64,000 bases of DNA from an uncultured Acidobacteriota bacterium (GTDB lineage Bacteria > Actinomycetota > Acidimicrobiia > Spongiisociales > ZC4RG35): assembly GCA_963843585.1 (NCBI GenBank), contig CAWJLJ010000022.1, positions 4,678 to 68,677 on the forward strand. Direction: 5' to 3'. The first letter of the stretch is position 1. Each line of letters begins with the position of its first letter. Of the stretch, positions 53,318 to 63,635 are shown piece by piece. A program made the position numbers and the translations under genes. Below the pieces are notes generated by a model that saw only the letters and a list, made by a program, of their open reading frames with translations, ran no database searches and was not told the DNA's origin.

Positions 53318-54105
53318 CTAGAGCCTGACTGCCAGGATGGCTCGCCGAGACGATTGCGAAGCGACATCATCGTCTTGGCGTGGATCTGGCAGACCCGTGA
53401 CTCCGTGACGCCGAGCACATCACCGATCTCGGCCAGTGTCATGCCCTCGTAGTAATAGAGGGTGACCACGAGCCGTTCCCGCTGGGGAAGGCGGTTGATG
53501 GCGTCGACCAGCCCATGACGTGTCTCCTCGGCCTGGAAAGCGGTCTCTGGCGACACCCCGGTGGGGTCGGCAAGCATGTCGCCCACAGACGTCGACGAGT
53601 CGGACCCGACGAACTCATCGAGTGCTGCGATACCCGAGCGCCCGATCTCGGCCAGGGCGCCCTGCAAATCGCCGACATCCATCTCGAGAGTGTCGGCCAG
53701 CTCCTGGTCGGTCGGTGCCCGCTGCAGTGTGTGCTCCAACTCGGCCACGGCGGTCTCGATCTGGCGGGCCCTGGAACGCACCGAGCGCGGCACCCAGTCG
53801 AGGGCTCGGAGCTCGTCGAGAATGGCTCCCCTGATGCGGTTGATGGCATACGTCTCGAACTTGAAGCCCCGTTCGAGCTCGAACTTGTCGATGGCGTCGA
53901 TCAATCCGAAGAGCCCGTAGCTGGCGAGATCGTTCTGGTCGACCGAGCGCGGCAGCCCGGCTCCGATCCGACCCGCCACGTACTTGACCAGGGGCGAGTA
54001 GTGGAGGATCAGTCGCTCACGGGCGTCGGCGTCGGCCGATGCCTTGAAGCGCTCCCATAGGGCATCGACCTGTCCGGTCTCAGGCCCTCGGGTGGCTTCG
54101 GTCAT
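53318..54105 (-). CDS. whiG: FliA/WhiG-family sigma factor; true stop probably near 53318
   Basis: PLVKYVAGR, FETYA..RIRGAILDELR..DWVPRS, TESRVCQIH. Confidence 0.88.
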
Positions 54106-54967
54106 AAGTGCCTCTCAGGTGCTGACGGGTGACGGCAGTGTAGATCTGGGTCGTGGCCAGGTCGGTGTGACCGAGCAGGTCCTGGACCGAGCGAAGATCG
54201 GCGCCGCCTTCGAGGAGATGGGTGGCGAAGCTATGTCGGAGGGCGTGGGGGAAGGTGGCGACTCGCTTTCTGACCACAGATCGGATGCCACGCGTGCCCA
54301 GCGGTCCGCCCCGCAGCCCCACCCACAGCGAGTTCCCGGCGGCTGCCCCCGCCAGCTCTGGCCTCCCTTGACCGAGATAACGGCGCACAGATTCCTGGGC
54401 GGGCCTGCCAATCGGGACACGACGGGTTTTCCTCCCCTTGCCGACAACGGTCACCATGTCACCGCCCACGTCGTCGACCGACAGCGAAGCGAGCTCGGAG
54501 ACCCGGAGACCGGTCGAATACAGGGTGTCGATCAGGGCACGGTCGCGGAGTCCTTCAGGGGTCGTGGGATCGATGGTCTCGATGGCATGCACCACGGTCC
54601 GGCTGGGAAGGGCATGGGGCAGCGGCCTGTCGAGCCGGGGTCGGGAGACACCCTCGAATGGGTTGACCGTCGCCGAGTTCCGGCGACCGGCATCGTTGTA
54701 GAAAGATCGAACGGCAGATGCTTTGCGTGTCATCGACCTCTTCGAGTATCCCTGAGCGGAGAGGGAGCCGAGATAACGGCGGGCGTGCTGTCGGCGCACC
54801 GCACCAATCGAGTCCACCCCTTCGTCCCCGCAGTAGGCGAAGAACTGGGCCAGGTCGCGCCGGTAGGCCTCGAGGGTGTGTGGGGAGAGCTCTCTCTGAT
54901 CACGCATGCGATCGAGGTATCCGTCGACGGGCCTGACGGCCCAATCCGGCATCGGAGGGATCCTCAC
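54080..54967 (-). CDS. xerC: XerC-like tyrosine recombinase
   Basis: TGLRVSEL, GKG.K.R, PHALRHSFATHLL, LLGH..TTQIY, HPRA; downstream of dprA. Confidence 0.9.
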   Translation of the reverse strand: MRIPPMPDWAVRPVDGYLDRMRDQRELSPHTLEAYRRDLAQFFAYCGDEGVDSIGAVRRQHARRYLGSLSAQGYSKRSMTRKASAVRSFYNDAGRRNSATVNPFEGVSRPRLDRPLPHALPSRTVVHAIETIDPTTPEGLRDRALIDTLYSTGLRVSELASLSVDDVGGDMVTVVGKGRKTRRVPIGRPAQESVRRYLGQGRPELAGAAAGNSLWVGLRGGPLGTRGIRSVVRKRVATFPHALRHSFATHLLEGGADLRSVQDLLGHTDLATTQIYTAVTRQHLRGTYDRSHPRA

Positions 54968-55004
54968 AGGCCAGATGCTATTGGCGGAGCTAACCCCGGT
55001 CCGG

Positions 55005-55835
55005 TCAACCCGAGCCCGGGAGCACCACGCCGCCCACCCGGCGCGCCTCTCCCGCGATCTCCATCCTGGCGAGACGGGCCAGGGCCTCGGCAGGCGTGCA
55101 ATCCCAGATCGAGGGCAGATCGTCTATGGCCAGACCCGTCGCCGGGATGATGCCCGCTGCAGCGGGCGTTTGGTTGGGCGGCTTGCCGAGGATCAGCTCG
55201 AGCTCGGCCAGGAGGTCGTCGACTCCAAGGACCGGATGAGCTCCGTCACGTATGAGAAGGTTGCACCCGACCGAGGCGAATCGGTCGACATCACCAGGAA
55301 CCACCAGGACCGGACGCCCCATCTCGGCGGCCAGGCGCGCCGTGATCAATGCCCCGCCCTTCACCCCGGCCTCGACCACCACGACGGCCGAGGAAATGCC
55401 GGCGATGATGCGGTTCCGTGCCGGGAACCGCCAGCGGTCGGGCCTGGTCCCCGGTGGGTACTCGGACACGATCGCCCCGCCGCTCGCCAGTATCGACCGA
55501 TAGAGATCGGTGTTCTCGACCGGGTAGACGACATCGACCCCAGACCCCAGAACCGCCACGGCGCTGCCCTGCCCCCGGAGAGTTCCGCGATGGGCCGCAG
55601 CGTCGATCCCCCTGGCCAGACCGCTCACCGTGGTCCATCCCGCCCGGGAAAGGGCGTGGCCGAAGGCCTCGGCCAGATTGAGGCCATAGCGGGTGCACTT
55701 CCTCGTGCCCACGACGGCAACGGCTGGGGCGGTCGTGGTGACGCCGAGGACATATAGGGGTGGAGGATCCTCCAGATCGTGCAGACCCACGGGGTAATCC
55801 GGTCCGTTCGGGGCGATCACCCGTAGGTCATTCAT
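55005..55835 (-). CDS. dprA: DNA-processing protein DprA
   Basis: VVGTR, VSGLARGID..AH, FPARNRII, GCNLLI. Confidence 0.95.
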   Translation of the reverse strand: MNDLRVIAPNGPDYPVGLHDLEDPPPLYVLGVTTTAPAVAVVGTRKCTRYGLNLAEAFGHALSRAGWTTVSGLARGIDAAAHRGTLRGQGSAVAVLGSGVDVVYPVENTDLYRSILASGGAIVSEYPPGTRPDRWRFPARNRIIAGISSAVVVVEAGVKGGALITARLAAEMGRPVLVVPGDVDRFASVGCNLLIRDGAHPVLGVDDLLAELELILGKPPNQTPAAAGIIPATGLAIDDLPSIWDCTPAEALARLARMEIAGEARRVGGVVLPGSG

Positions 55836-57300
55836 CCCGCCACTCGCCGCGCAGGCCGACGGCCTCGGCCATGTGGTGCTCCTCGACCTGGTCTGCTCCT
55901 TCCAGGTCGGCAATGGTGCGGGCTACTCGACGGACGCGGTCACCGCCTCGGGCGGTGAGCACCGCGTTTCCGACGGCCATGGCCACCAGACGGCGTGCTG
56001 CCTTCGATTCCTGCCCATCCCCCGCCTCGAGATAGCGGTTGATCTGCCCCCGTTCCAACTGAGCGGCCCGCGCCTGCTCGACCCGATGGGCGACCGAGGC
56101 GCTCGTCTCGCCTTTCGGCCCCGAGTACTCAGTGGCCTCGACCCGGCCCACGCGGACGATCAGGTCGAATCGGTCGACGAGTGGGCCGGAGATCCGGGAC
56201 CGATACCGCCCCAGGATGGCCGGGCGACAGTCACACGGCCGGCGGCCGTCGCCGAAATATCCGCAGGGACACGGATTGGTCGCAGCCAGGAGCTGAAACG
56301 AAGCCGGGAAATCGAGGGAGGAGCCCCGGCGGGCCACGGATACGACACCTTCCTCCAACGGCTGGCGGAGCGTGTCGAGATGACTGCGAGGAAATTCGGC
56401 CAACTCGTCTAGAAAAAGAACACCCCTGTGGGCGAGGGACACCTCACCTGGGACCGGATTACCACTGCCGCCGCCGACGAGGGCCGCCTTGGAGGCGGTG
56501 TGATGGGGAGCACGAAATGGTGGAGTGACGACCAGGCCCCGGCGCCGGCCCGCCGCAGCCCAGAGCATTGCCGTCTCAACCGCCTCTGCGATCTCGAGTG
56601 GTGGGAGGATGCCAATGATCCGCCGGGCCAGCATGGTCTTGCCCGATCCCGGCGGGCCATGCATCAGGAGGTGGTGGCCGCCGGCTGCCGCCACCTCGAG
56701 TGCCCGCCTCGCCATCGGCTGGCCCCTGATATCGGCGAGGTCTGGTGCCCGCTCCTCGGACATGGGGGCACCTGGTCGTGCCGGCTCGACGGTCTCCAGA
56801 CCTCCCCTGAGAAGGTCCACCGCGTCCGCCAGGCTGGCGACCCCATAGGCGGTGGCTCCGGGGATCGATGCCGCCTCACCGACGACGGCGGTGGCGACGA
56901 GGCACGGCACGTTCTGCCTGGCACTCAGCACGCCGGCACCGAACGCGTGGGATCCCGCTCTGACGGCGCCGTCGAGCGCAAGCTCGCCGACGACGACGGC
57001 GTCGCGGAGTGGCGGGATCTCCTTGCTGGCAGCGAGGATGCCCAGGGCGATCGGGAGGTCGTAGTCCGTCCCTCCCTTGGGGAGGTCGGCAGGTGCGAGG
57101 TTCACCGTGACCGTCCGATTGGGAAAACGGATCCCGGCCGAGGCGACCGCGGCCCGAACCCGGTCTTTTGCCTCTCGCACGGCGGTGTCGGGGAGACCGG
57201 AGAGCTTGAATGCCTCGCTCTGACGCCCGACATGGGCTTCGACGCGGACAGGTCGCGCCTCTCCCCCCACGAGGGCCACCGAAGTGGCTGCCGCGTACAT
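55828..57300 (-). CDS. comM: YifB/ComM Mg-chelatase-like AAA+ ATPase
   Basis: NLAPAD, GPPGSGKT, FRAPHH, GEVSLAH.GVLFLDE, NPCPCG. Confidence 0.93.
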   Translation of the reverse strand: MYAAATSVALVGGEARPVRVEAHVGRQSEAFKLSGLPDTAVREAKDRVRAAVASAGIRFPNRTVTVNLAPADLPKGGTDYDLPIALGILAASKEIPPLRDAVVVGELALDGAVRAGSHAFGAGVLSARQNVPCLVATAVVGEAASIPGATAYGVASLADAVDLLRGGLETVEPARPGAPMSEERAPDLADIRGQPMARRALEVAAAGGHHLLMHGPPGSGKTMLARRIIGILPPLEIAEAVETAMLWAAAGRRRGLVVTPPFRAPHHTASKAALVGGGSGNPVPGEVSLAHRGVLFLDELAEFPRSHLDTLRQPLEEGVVSVARRGSSLDFPASFQLLAATNPCPCGYFGDGRRPCDCRPAILGRYRSRISGPLVDRFDLIVRVGRVEATEYSGPKGETSASVAHRVEQARAAQLERGQINRYLEAGDGQESKAARRLVAMAVGNAVLTARGGDRVRRVARTIADLEGADQVEEHHMAEAVGLRGEWRDE

Positions 57301-57411
57301 GGCTCGAACGTACGAGAGGCCCGGGGTCGTTGGAAGGGGTGCGTGCCGAAGGTGCGCGACTAACTGTTAGGTCAGGTTTACCGTCTTTCCGGCACGTTTC
57401 GTGCGATCGTC

Positions 57412-58414
57412 ATGACTCACAACCCTGCTATCAAGACGCCAACCCGCGGTGCGCCGCCGAAGACACGTCGTCGTCGCTACAGCCGAGGGCAGCGGTGGAC
57501 CATCCGAATCCTGCTCTTACTGGTGCTGGCAGCCGCCACGCTGGTCGCGCTCACCTTCCTGGCCGACTTTCAGATGGAGGACGCCGGGCCGATGCCGTCG
57601 CTGGCAGCAGGTGACGGGGTTTATCTCATCGTGGGCAGCGACAGCCGGGAGAACCTCCCGGACGATCTGGAAGGGAGCTTCGGTGACTTCGCCGGCGCCC
57701 GCGCCGACGTCATCATCCTGGCCCAGGTGGTGGATGGGCGGAGACAGCTGCTGTCGATACCCCGCGACCTCAGAGTGGAGATACCTGGCCAGGGAGTGAA
57801 CAAGGTCAACGCGGCCTACGCCTTCGGTGGCCCTGATCTCCTCGTGGACACAGTCGCCAACGCCACCGGGGTGCGGCCGAATCACTATCTCGAAGTGGAA
57901 TTCGGAGGGTTTGCCGGGATCGTCGACGCATTGGGTGGTATCGAGCTCGACATCCCCTACCCGGCCCGCGATGCCAAGTCGGGGCTGGATATCGGGGCCG
58001 GGGTGCAAACAGTCGATGGCGCGACCGCCTTGGCGTATGCCCGTTCGCGCAGTTACGAGGAACAGATAGATGGGGAGTGGGTGGCTCAGGGTGGTGGCGA
58101 TGTCGCTCGTGCCGCCCGTCAACGCGAGGTCCTGACCAAGATCATGGCTGCGGCGTCGTCACCTTCAGGTCTGGTCCGCAGTCCTCTCGTGGTGACCGCG
58201 GTTGGCTCTCATCTCACCGCCGACTCCGGCCTGACCGTCTTCGATCTGGCGAGGACAGGGTGGGGCATGCGCTCTGCCGGTGTCACCGAATCGATGACGC
58301 TCCCCGTCGTCGGCGCCGAAGAGGGCGGCGTCTCCTATCTGGTGCGATCCGAGCCGGCCGCGACCGAGGTGCTCGACGCCTTCGCCGCCGGTCAGCCACT
58401 GCCCGCCTACCTAA
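57412..58414 (+). CDS. LCP-family cell-wall ligase; the stop was lost to a frameshift, end approximate
   Basis: N-terminal TM, GSDSR, RADVI, SIPRD, KVNAAY, ALAYARSR, R..RQ. Confidence 0.88.
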
Positions 58415-59218
58415 CCCGGCTGCGGGGGCCCGCTCCGCAGCCAGGCGATCGTCTCTTCAACCGGCTCGTCGTCCAGATCAGGCCCGCTGAGAATCCAGGT
58501 GGCACCCGCCTGCTCGAATGCCTCGACGTCGGCAGTGGGCGGCCCACCGATCACGACGTCGTAAGGCTCATCGCCCTGTCTATGGATCTTGACGTAACCG
58601 GCGATCATCGCCACATCGGAGGGGTCCAGCGGCTGCTCGTCGCTCCGCATCGGAACCACACCGTCGAAGCGTGCCGCACGACGCAGGGGTCGCAGGTTGG
58701 GCAACATCCCGGCCACCCAGATCGGGATCTTGCCAAGTGGCCGAGGGGCGAATCGGTTTTCGGCGATCGTGTAGTGCTCCCCTTCGAAGTCGAAGGCCTC
58801 GGCCGACCACACGGCCTGGATGATGGTGAGAGCCTCGTCCAGCATGTCTGCGCGTTCTCTGGCATCGGTCGGATCGCCGAAGGTGCCGAACTCGACCTCT
58901 GGCCAGTACCCGATACCGACACCCAGGATCATTCGCCCTTCGGTCAGCCGATCCAGCGTCACGGCTCGCCGGGCCACCTCCCAGGGACGGTGCCGGGGAG
59001 GGCGGCCACCATCGGGCCGATGTGCACTCTGCTCGTGGCCTGTCCGATCGCCCCGAGCAACACCCACGGATCGGCCACCGGCATGCCGTCAGCGACGACG
59101 ATGTGGTCCCAGACGAAGAACCCGTCCCAGCCTGCCTCCTCGGCGGCGATCGCAAGGTCAACCAGCACCCGGGCTCCGCGTACAGTCCGAAGTTCGGGAA
59201 GTTGAGGCCGAATCGCAC
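58411..59218 (-). CDS. LLM-class flavin-dependent oxidoreductase; frameshifts
   Basis: AEEAGWDGFFVWDH, DPW, TLDRLTEGR.ILGVG.G, IPIWVAG. Confidence 0.88.
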
Positions 59219-59345
59219 CCTGCCGAGGCTATCGTCGGGAGACGCGGTCCACCAACAGTCCCGATCGTCCGATGCCGGATGCCTCCGAGCGATACACCCC
59301 GGTTCGTCGCCGAGATCTACGGGGTCGGGCACGTACCATCTCCAC

Positions 59346-59789
59346 GTGCCCGACCCGTTTCTCGACGCTGCCATCGACGAGGCCGGGCTCGGTCTGGCCG
59401 AGGGCGGGATCCCGATCGGGTCGGTGCTGGTTCTCGACGACCGGATCGTCGGTCGGGGTCACAACCGACGGGTGCAGAAGGGCAGCCCGATCCTCCACGG
59501 TGAGATGGATGCCCTGGAGAATGCCGGCCGTCTCGTCGCCTCCGAGTATCGGAGATCCACGATCTACACCACTCTCTCTCCGTGCCCCATGTGCACCGGT
59601 GCGATCCTGCTCTACGGGATCCCCAAGGTGGTGATCGGGGAGAACCGAACCTTTCTCGGCGCCGAGGACCTGCTCCGTGCCAACGGCGTCGAGGTGGTCG
59701 TGGTCGACGACCAGCGATGTGTCGACATGATGACCGGGTTCATCGAAGCCCGGCCAGATCTGTGGAACGAGGACATCGGAGAGGTCTAG
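59346..59789 (+). CDS. Nucleoside/cytosine deaminase
   Basis: EGGIPIG, HGE, TLSPCPMC, WNEDIG. Confidence 0.9.
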   Translation: MPDPFLDAAIDEAGLGLAEGGIPIGSVLVLDDRIVGRGHNRRVQKGSPILHGEMDALENAGRLVASEYRRSTIYTTLSPCPMCTGAILLYGIPKVVIGENRTFLGAEDLLRANGVEVVVVDDQRCVDMMTGFIEARPDLWNEDIGEV

Positions 59790-59812
59790 AGCGGAGGCCG
59801 GGGCGGTTGCCC

Positions 59813-60966
59813 CTAGGTTCGTTGTCCGACGAGTTCTCGGAGTCGGGGGTCGAGTCCGGGTCGGATGGGTGGGTAGACCTGTCCGTCGGGTTTCCGGAAG
59901 ACGGGTTTGTCGTATCCGTCGTTTTCGATGGTCCATCCGTGTTCATGTAGGAACCGGTGGTGGTAGCCGCAGAGGAGGATCAGATTGTCCAGATCGGTGG
60001 GTCCTCCATCGGCCCAATGGGTCTTGTGGTGGGCGTGGAGCCAACCTTTGAACGGACAGCCCGGCCACCGACAGCCTCCGTCCCGATGCCAGAGCTGGTG
60101 ACGTAACCAGGCCGGGATGAGCCGGGAACGACGACCGATCCCCAACACTTTCTTGTGGTCATAGACAGTACATTCGACGATCGGATCACAGGAGAGTCGT
60201 GCGGGCGGTCTCATTGGCGATGACCGGACCACCCTCGATCTCGGCCACCCCGGTCTCTGAGTTCTCGATCAAGGCTTCCAGATCGGCGTGGACCACGATC
60301 TGGGTCGGAGCCGAACCGTTCTCATCACCGGTGGTGGAACAGAGTTCGACCAGATCCGTCGGCCATCCGCTGCGGATACGGATCGAACAATCCTGATTCG
60401 GGGTTGACCGGTATCCGATCCGCTCTCTCTCGGATCGCTGATTCCACCAGGACTCATTTCCGTCCCGGGCAGATCAGCGTTCAGATGGCCTCTGATCCCG
60501 TCCAGGGTGTATTGGATCGACAACCACCGCTCCCGCCAGGAATCCGACTGCATCCTCAGTGGACGGCGGGTTGGCTCGCCGAGCGGCACGATCCAGGGCC
60601 GCATTCGACAAACCCAGACACTCTGCAATCACCGCCTCCTCGGTCTCCGCAGTGGCCAGCTTCGAAATCGCATCGACCTGATCCAGACGACAACTCACCA
60701 GCCGCAAACCGGGAACGCAAGACAGGCAGATCCTCCAGCCTCCTCGCCACCCGAACCAGCTGAGCAGCAGTCGAATGACGAAGACCAAACCGGGCCGACA
60801 CCCACTCCGGAAGATTCCGAGCCCCATCCGCCAGGAAGAGTTGACCCCGATCCGCCTCCATCAGATCCACTCGCAGATCTCGGCCGCCAGAAGCCGCCGC
60901 CAGAAAGACTCAGAAAATGGCCGATCCCCGCATCCACCTGATCACTGCGAAACAGTCCCTCTCCAT
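59813..60966 (-). CDS. DUF222-like HNH endonuclease, copy 2; heavily frameshifted
   Basis: DGARNLPEW, FAAGELS, RLSCD, RDGGCRWPGC..HAHH..HWADGGPTDLDNL.LLCGYHH. Confidence 0.82.
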
Positions 60967-60973
60967 ACTCCCA

Positions 60974-60996
60974 AACGTACGAAACCGGTAGTGACA
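60974..60996 (-). promoter_or_regulatory. PafBC/RecA-NDp-like promoter of HNH copy 2
   Basis: TGTCAC-N11-TACGTT-N7-ATG. Confidence 0.5.
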
Positions 60997-61051
60997 GAAT
61001 CCGGGTCAGAAACCAGCAATCCGAAAGAAAATCGAGAAATTTCTGTCGCCC

Positions 61052-61849
61052 CTAACGGCCCTTCCATTCCGGGTCCCGCTTCTCGAGGAAGGCGAGCAAT
61101 CCCTCGGCGGCATCCTCTGTGCCGAGGGCGACGGACTGAGCCTCACCCTCCCAGGAGAGGGCATCGGCGAGCCCGATCTGGAAGCTGGCGTTGAGGGTCT
61201 GCTTGGCGAACATCTGGGCCACGGGCGCCCCGGCCAGGAAGCCATCGGCGATCTCGGTGACCCGATCTTCGAGGACATCGACCGGGACGACCTCGGTGAC
61301 CAGCCCGATCCGCTGCGCCTCATCGGCCTCGACGATCCGCCCCGATAACGCCAGGTCCTTGGCCCGTTGCATGCCGACGATCCGTGGCAACAGCCACGAC
61401 CCGCCAAAGTCCACGGTGAGCCCTCTCCTCACGAAGATCTCGGAGAATCGGGCCCGCTCGGTGGCGACCACAACGTCACATCCGAGGGCGAGGTTCAAAC
61501 CGGCCCCGACTGCAACCCCATCGACAGCAGCGATGGCCGGCTTCGTCAACCGGTGGAGGGCCATGGCGGCGCCGGCCACCTCCTTCATCCGTGAGTGACG
61601 ATCCTCTACGGATTGGAGCCGATCCACCCGCGATGGGTCCAGGTCGGCGCCGGCGCAGAACTCGCCGCCGGCGCCGGTGACGACAAGCACTCGCTGCCCA
61701 GACGCCTCGAATCCCTCGAAGGCGATCCGGAGGTCTGGCCAGCCATCGAACGGGATGGCGTTCTTGCGATCGGGACGGTCGATCGTGAGCCAGCGCACCA
61801 GTCCGCGATCGTCGGAATGCAACCAGCTCACCGCGATGACGGTAGACAC
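61052..61849 (-). CDS. Enoyl-CoA hydratase/isomerase family protein
   Basis: FCAGADL, AVDGVAVGAG, GLTVDFGGS, AFLEKR.P. Confidence 0.92.
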   Translation of the reverse strand: MSTVIAVSWLHSDDRGLVRWLTIDRPDRKNAIPFDGWPDLRIAFEGFEASGQRVLVVTGAGGEFCAGADLDPSRVDRLQSVEDRHSRMKEVAGAAMALHRLTKPAIAAVDGVAVGAGLNLALGCDVVVATERARFSEIFVRRGLTVDFGGSWLLPRIVGMQRAKDLALSGRIVEADEAQRIGLVTEVVPVDVLEDRVTEIADGFLAGAPVAQMFAKQTLNASFQIGLADALSWEGEAQSVALGTEDAAEGLLAFLEKRDPEWKGR

Positions 61850-61875
61850 CGCGAGGCGTGGTTACCGTTCCAGGC

Positions 61876-61989
61876 ATGGGGTTCAACCCGTTTCGCGATC
61901 ACGAAAAGAGCACCGCCGACATCGTCGCGGTGGTGGTGGCGTTCGCGGCGATATTCGCGGTCCTGGCGTGGGCGATCTTCTCGGGGTGA
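61876..61989 (+). CDS. Small single-TM peptide (37 aa)
   Basis: MGFNPFRDHEKSTADIVAVVVAFAAIFAVLAWAIFSG*; TACCGT -10 element 7 nt upstream; GTGA overlap with the next gene. Confidence 0.6.
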   Translation: MGFNPFRDHEKSTADIVAVVVAFAAIFAVLAWAIFSG

Positions 61990-62174
61990 CCGTCTCCCCG
62001 GTGCAGCCCTACGCGGCGCGGAAGGAGTACATCTGCCCCGGCTGCTCGACGATCATCCCACCCGGCACGTTTCATCTGGTGGTCGTGCCCGACCACGAGC
62101 CCGACCTACGCCGGCACTGGCATCACGGCTGCTGGCACAAGGAGATGCGTCGTCGGTTCGGCGCTCGGACCTAG
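61986..62174 (+). CDS. Small Cys/His putative zinc-binding protein
   Basis: KEYICPGC...H.V...DLRRHWHHGCW. Confidence 0.7.
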   Translation: MTVSPVQPYAARKEYICPGCSTIIPPGTFHLVVVPDHEPDLRRHWHHGCWHKEMRRRFGART

Positions 62175-62179
62175 CGCCG

Positions 62180-62863
62180 ATGAGAGGCGAGGCCTTCCTG
62201 CTCGTCCATAGCCCGCTGCTCGGACCGTCCTGCTGGGGCCCCTTCGGGAAGGTGGCATCCAAAGCCGGCCATCCGATCGCGATCCCGGACCTGACGAGCG
62301 CCAGTACCGCGCAACCACCCCACTGGGAGGCTCTCGTCGAAGCCGCAGTCGATGCCGGGGAAGATCTCGGATCGGCGCCGGTCGTGATCGGCCATTCGGG
62401 CGCTGGCGTGTTTCTCCCCGAGATCGCCCATCGACTTGGAGCAATCGCACTCCTCTTCATCGATGCCGTGGTGCCGCCCCTTCAGGGAGTGCACCGGACA
62501 TCGCCGTCGCTGGCACGACTGCTCGACGATCAGGTCGTCGACGGGAAGCTCCGTCCATGGATCGAATGGTGGCCGGCGGAGACGGTCGCCGACTTGCTTC
62601 CCGAACCGGAAGACCGCTCACGCTTGTCGAGTGACATGCCAATCGTGCCGAGGTCCTTCTACGACGAGGCAGTCCCCGTCCCCGAAGGTTGGTCGGACCG
62701 CAACTGCGGCTATCTCCGGCTGAGCGCGGCCTACGACGAGGAATATGCCGAAGCCGGGAGGCGGGGCTGGGCTCGTCTGCAGTTCGATGGGGACCACCTC
62801 AGCATCTTCACGCGGCCCGCCCCGGTCCTCTCCGCACTGGAGGGGCTGATCGCCGCCTTGTGA
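62180..62863 (+). CDS. Alpha/beta hydrolase
   Basis: LVHSPLLGP, GHSGAG, GDHL. Confidence 0.85.
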   Translation: MRGEAFLLVHSPLLGPSCWGPFGKVASKAGHPIAIPDLTSASTAQPPHWEALVEAAVDAGEDLGSAPVVIGHSGAGVFLPEIAHRLGAIALLFIDAVVPPLQGVHRTSPSLARLLDDQVVDGKLRPWIEWWPAETVADLLPEPEDRSRLSSDMPIVPRSFYDEAVPVPEGWSDRNCGYLRLSAAYDEEYAEAGRRGWARLQFDGDHLSIFTRPAPVLSALEGLIAAL

Positions 62864-62870
62864 GGCGCGC

Positions 62871-63635
62871 TCAGGCGTCGCGGCGGTGAAGACCCCACCA
62901 GGTCAGAAACAGACCGAGAGCGGTCCAGCCCAACATGATCGCCACCGCGTGAGGAAGTGACAGGTCTGTCCCGGGTACGAACGCCCCGAACCCGCCGGGG
63001 ATGTCGATCTGGAAGAGGGCGCTGCTAGCTGCAGACAGGGAGACGGTCTCCCAAGGTCCCCACAGGCCGAGAATCGGGTCGATGAAATAGAGAGCGAGCG
63101 CTGCTCCGATCGCCGGCCCGACCGACCGGAGCATGGCCACGGCTCCCAGCCCAATCGCCGTCCACGCCAGCTCGATCAGTCCGACCTTCCACACCAGGTT
63201 CAGCCATTCCTCGACGCCGGGACCACCTTCTCCCGGCACAGCGATCGCTGTGACAATCGACCACCCGGCGATGCCGGCGGCGATCGCGAGCAGCGAGGCG
63301 AGGGCGAGAACCAAAAAGCGGGCCGAGATCTGACTGACCCGACGCGGATCCCTGGTCAACGCCGTCGCCCACACCGTGCTCCCGAACTCGCTCCCCAGCA
63401 TGACGACCGCCAGGATCAACGGGAACCAGGTCTGCCCGGCCACCTGCTGGGCGCCAAAGACGTAGGCGACGGGTTTCCTCAGCAGCGGCACGTCTTCGGC
63501 CAGCTCGGGTGCGATCTGGGCGAAGATCAACAGGAAGAAGGCGAGCAACCCGACCAGTGCGGCCAGGATGATCACCATCATGTAGTAGAGCCTCCGACGG
63601 CTCAGCTTCAGGTACTCGGCATGAAGGAGACTCAT
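62871..63635 (-). CDS. ABC-2 type transporter permease
   Basis: AEYLKL, GSEF, six TM segments, C-terminal RRDA. Confidence 0.85.
   Translation of the reverse strand: MSLLHAEYLKLSRRRLYYMMVIILAALVGLLAFFLLIFAQIAPELAEDVPLLRKPVAYVFGAQQVAGQTWFPLILAVVMLGSEFGSTVWATALTRDPRRVSQISARFLVLALASLLAIAAGIAGWSIVTAIAVPGEGGPGVEEWLNLVWKVGLIELAWTAIGLGAVAMLRSVGPAIGAALALYFIDPILGLWGPWETVSLSAASSALFQIDIPGGFGAFVPGTDLSLPHAVAIMLGWTALGLFLTWWGLHRRDA

Noticed and set aside
54080-54967. Tyrosine recombinase as a prophage or island integrase
   Set aside because: XerC-like size, HPRA terminus and conserved dprA-xerC context; no att sites or cargo.
57304-57318. TCGAACGTACGAGAG upstream of comM as an SOS box
   Set aside because: Only one half-site matches; better explained as the TACGTT -10 element on the minus strand.
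57412-59205. 597-aa extended LCP ORF
   Set aside because: The C-terminal half is the antisense of the LLM oxidoreductase, read through after the stop near 58412 was lost.
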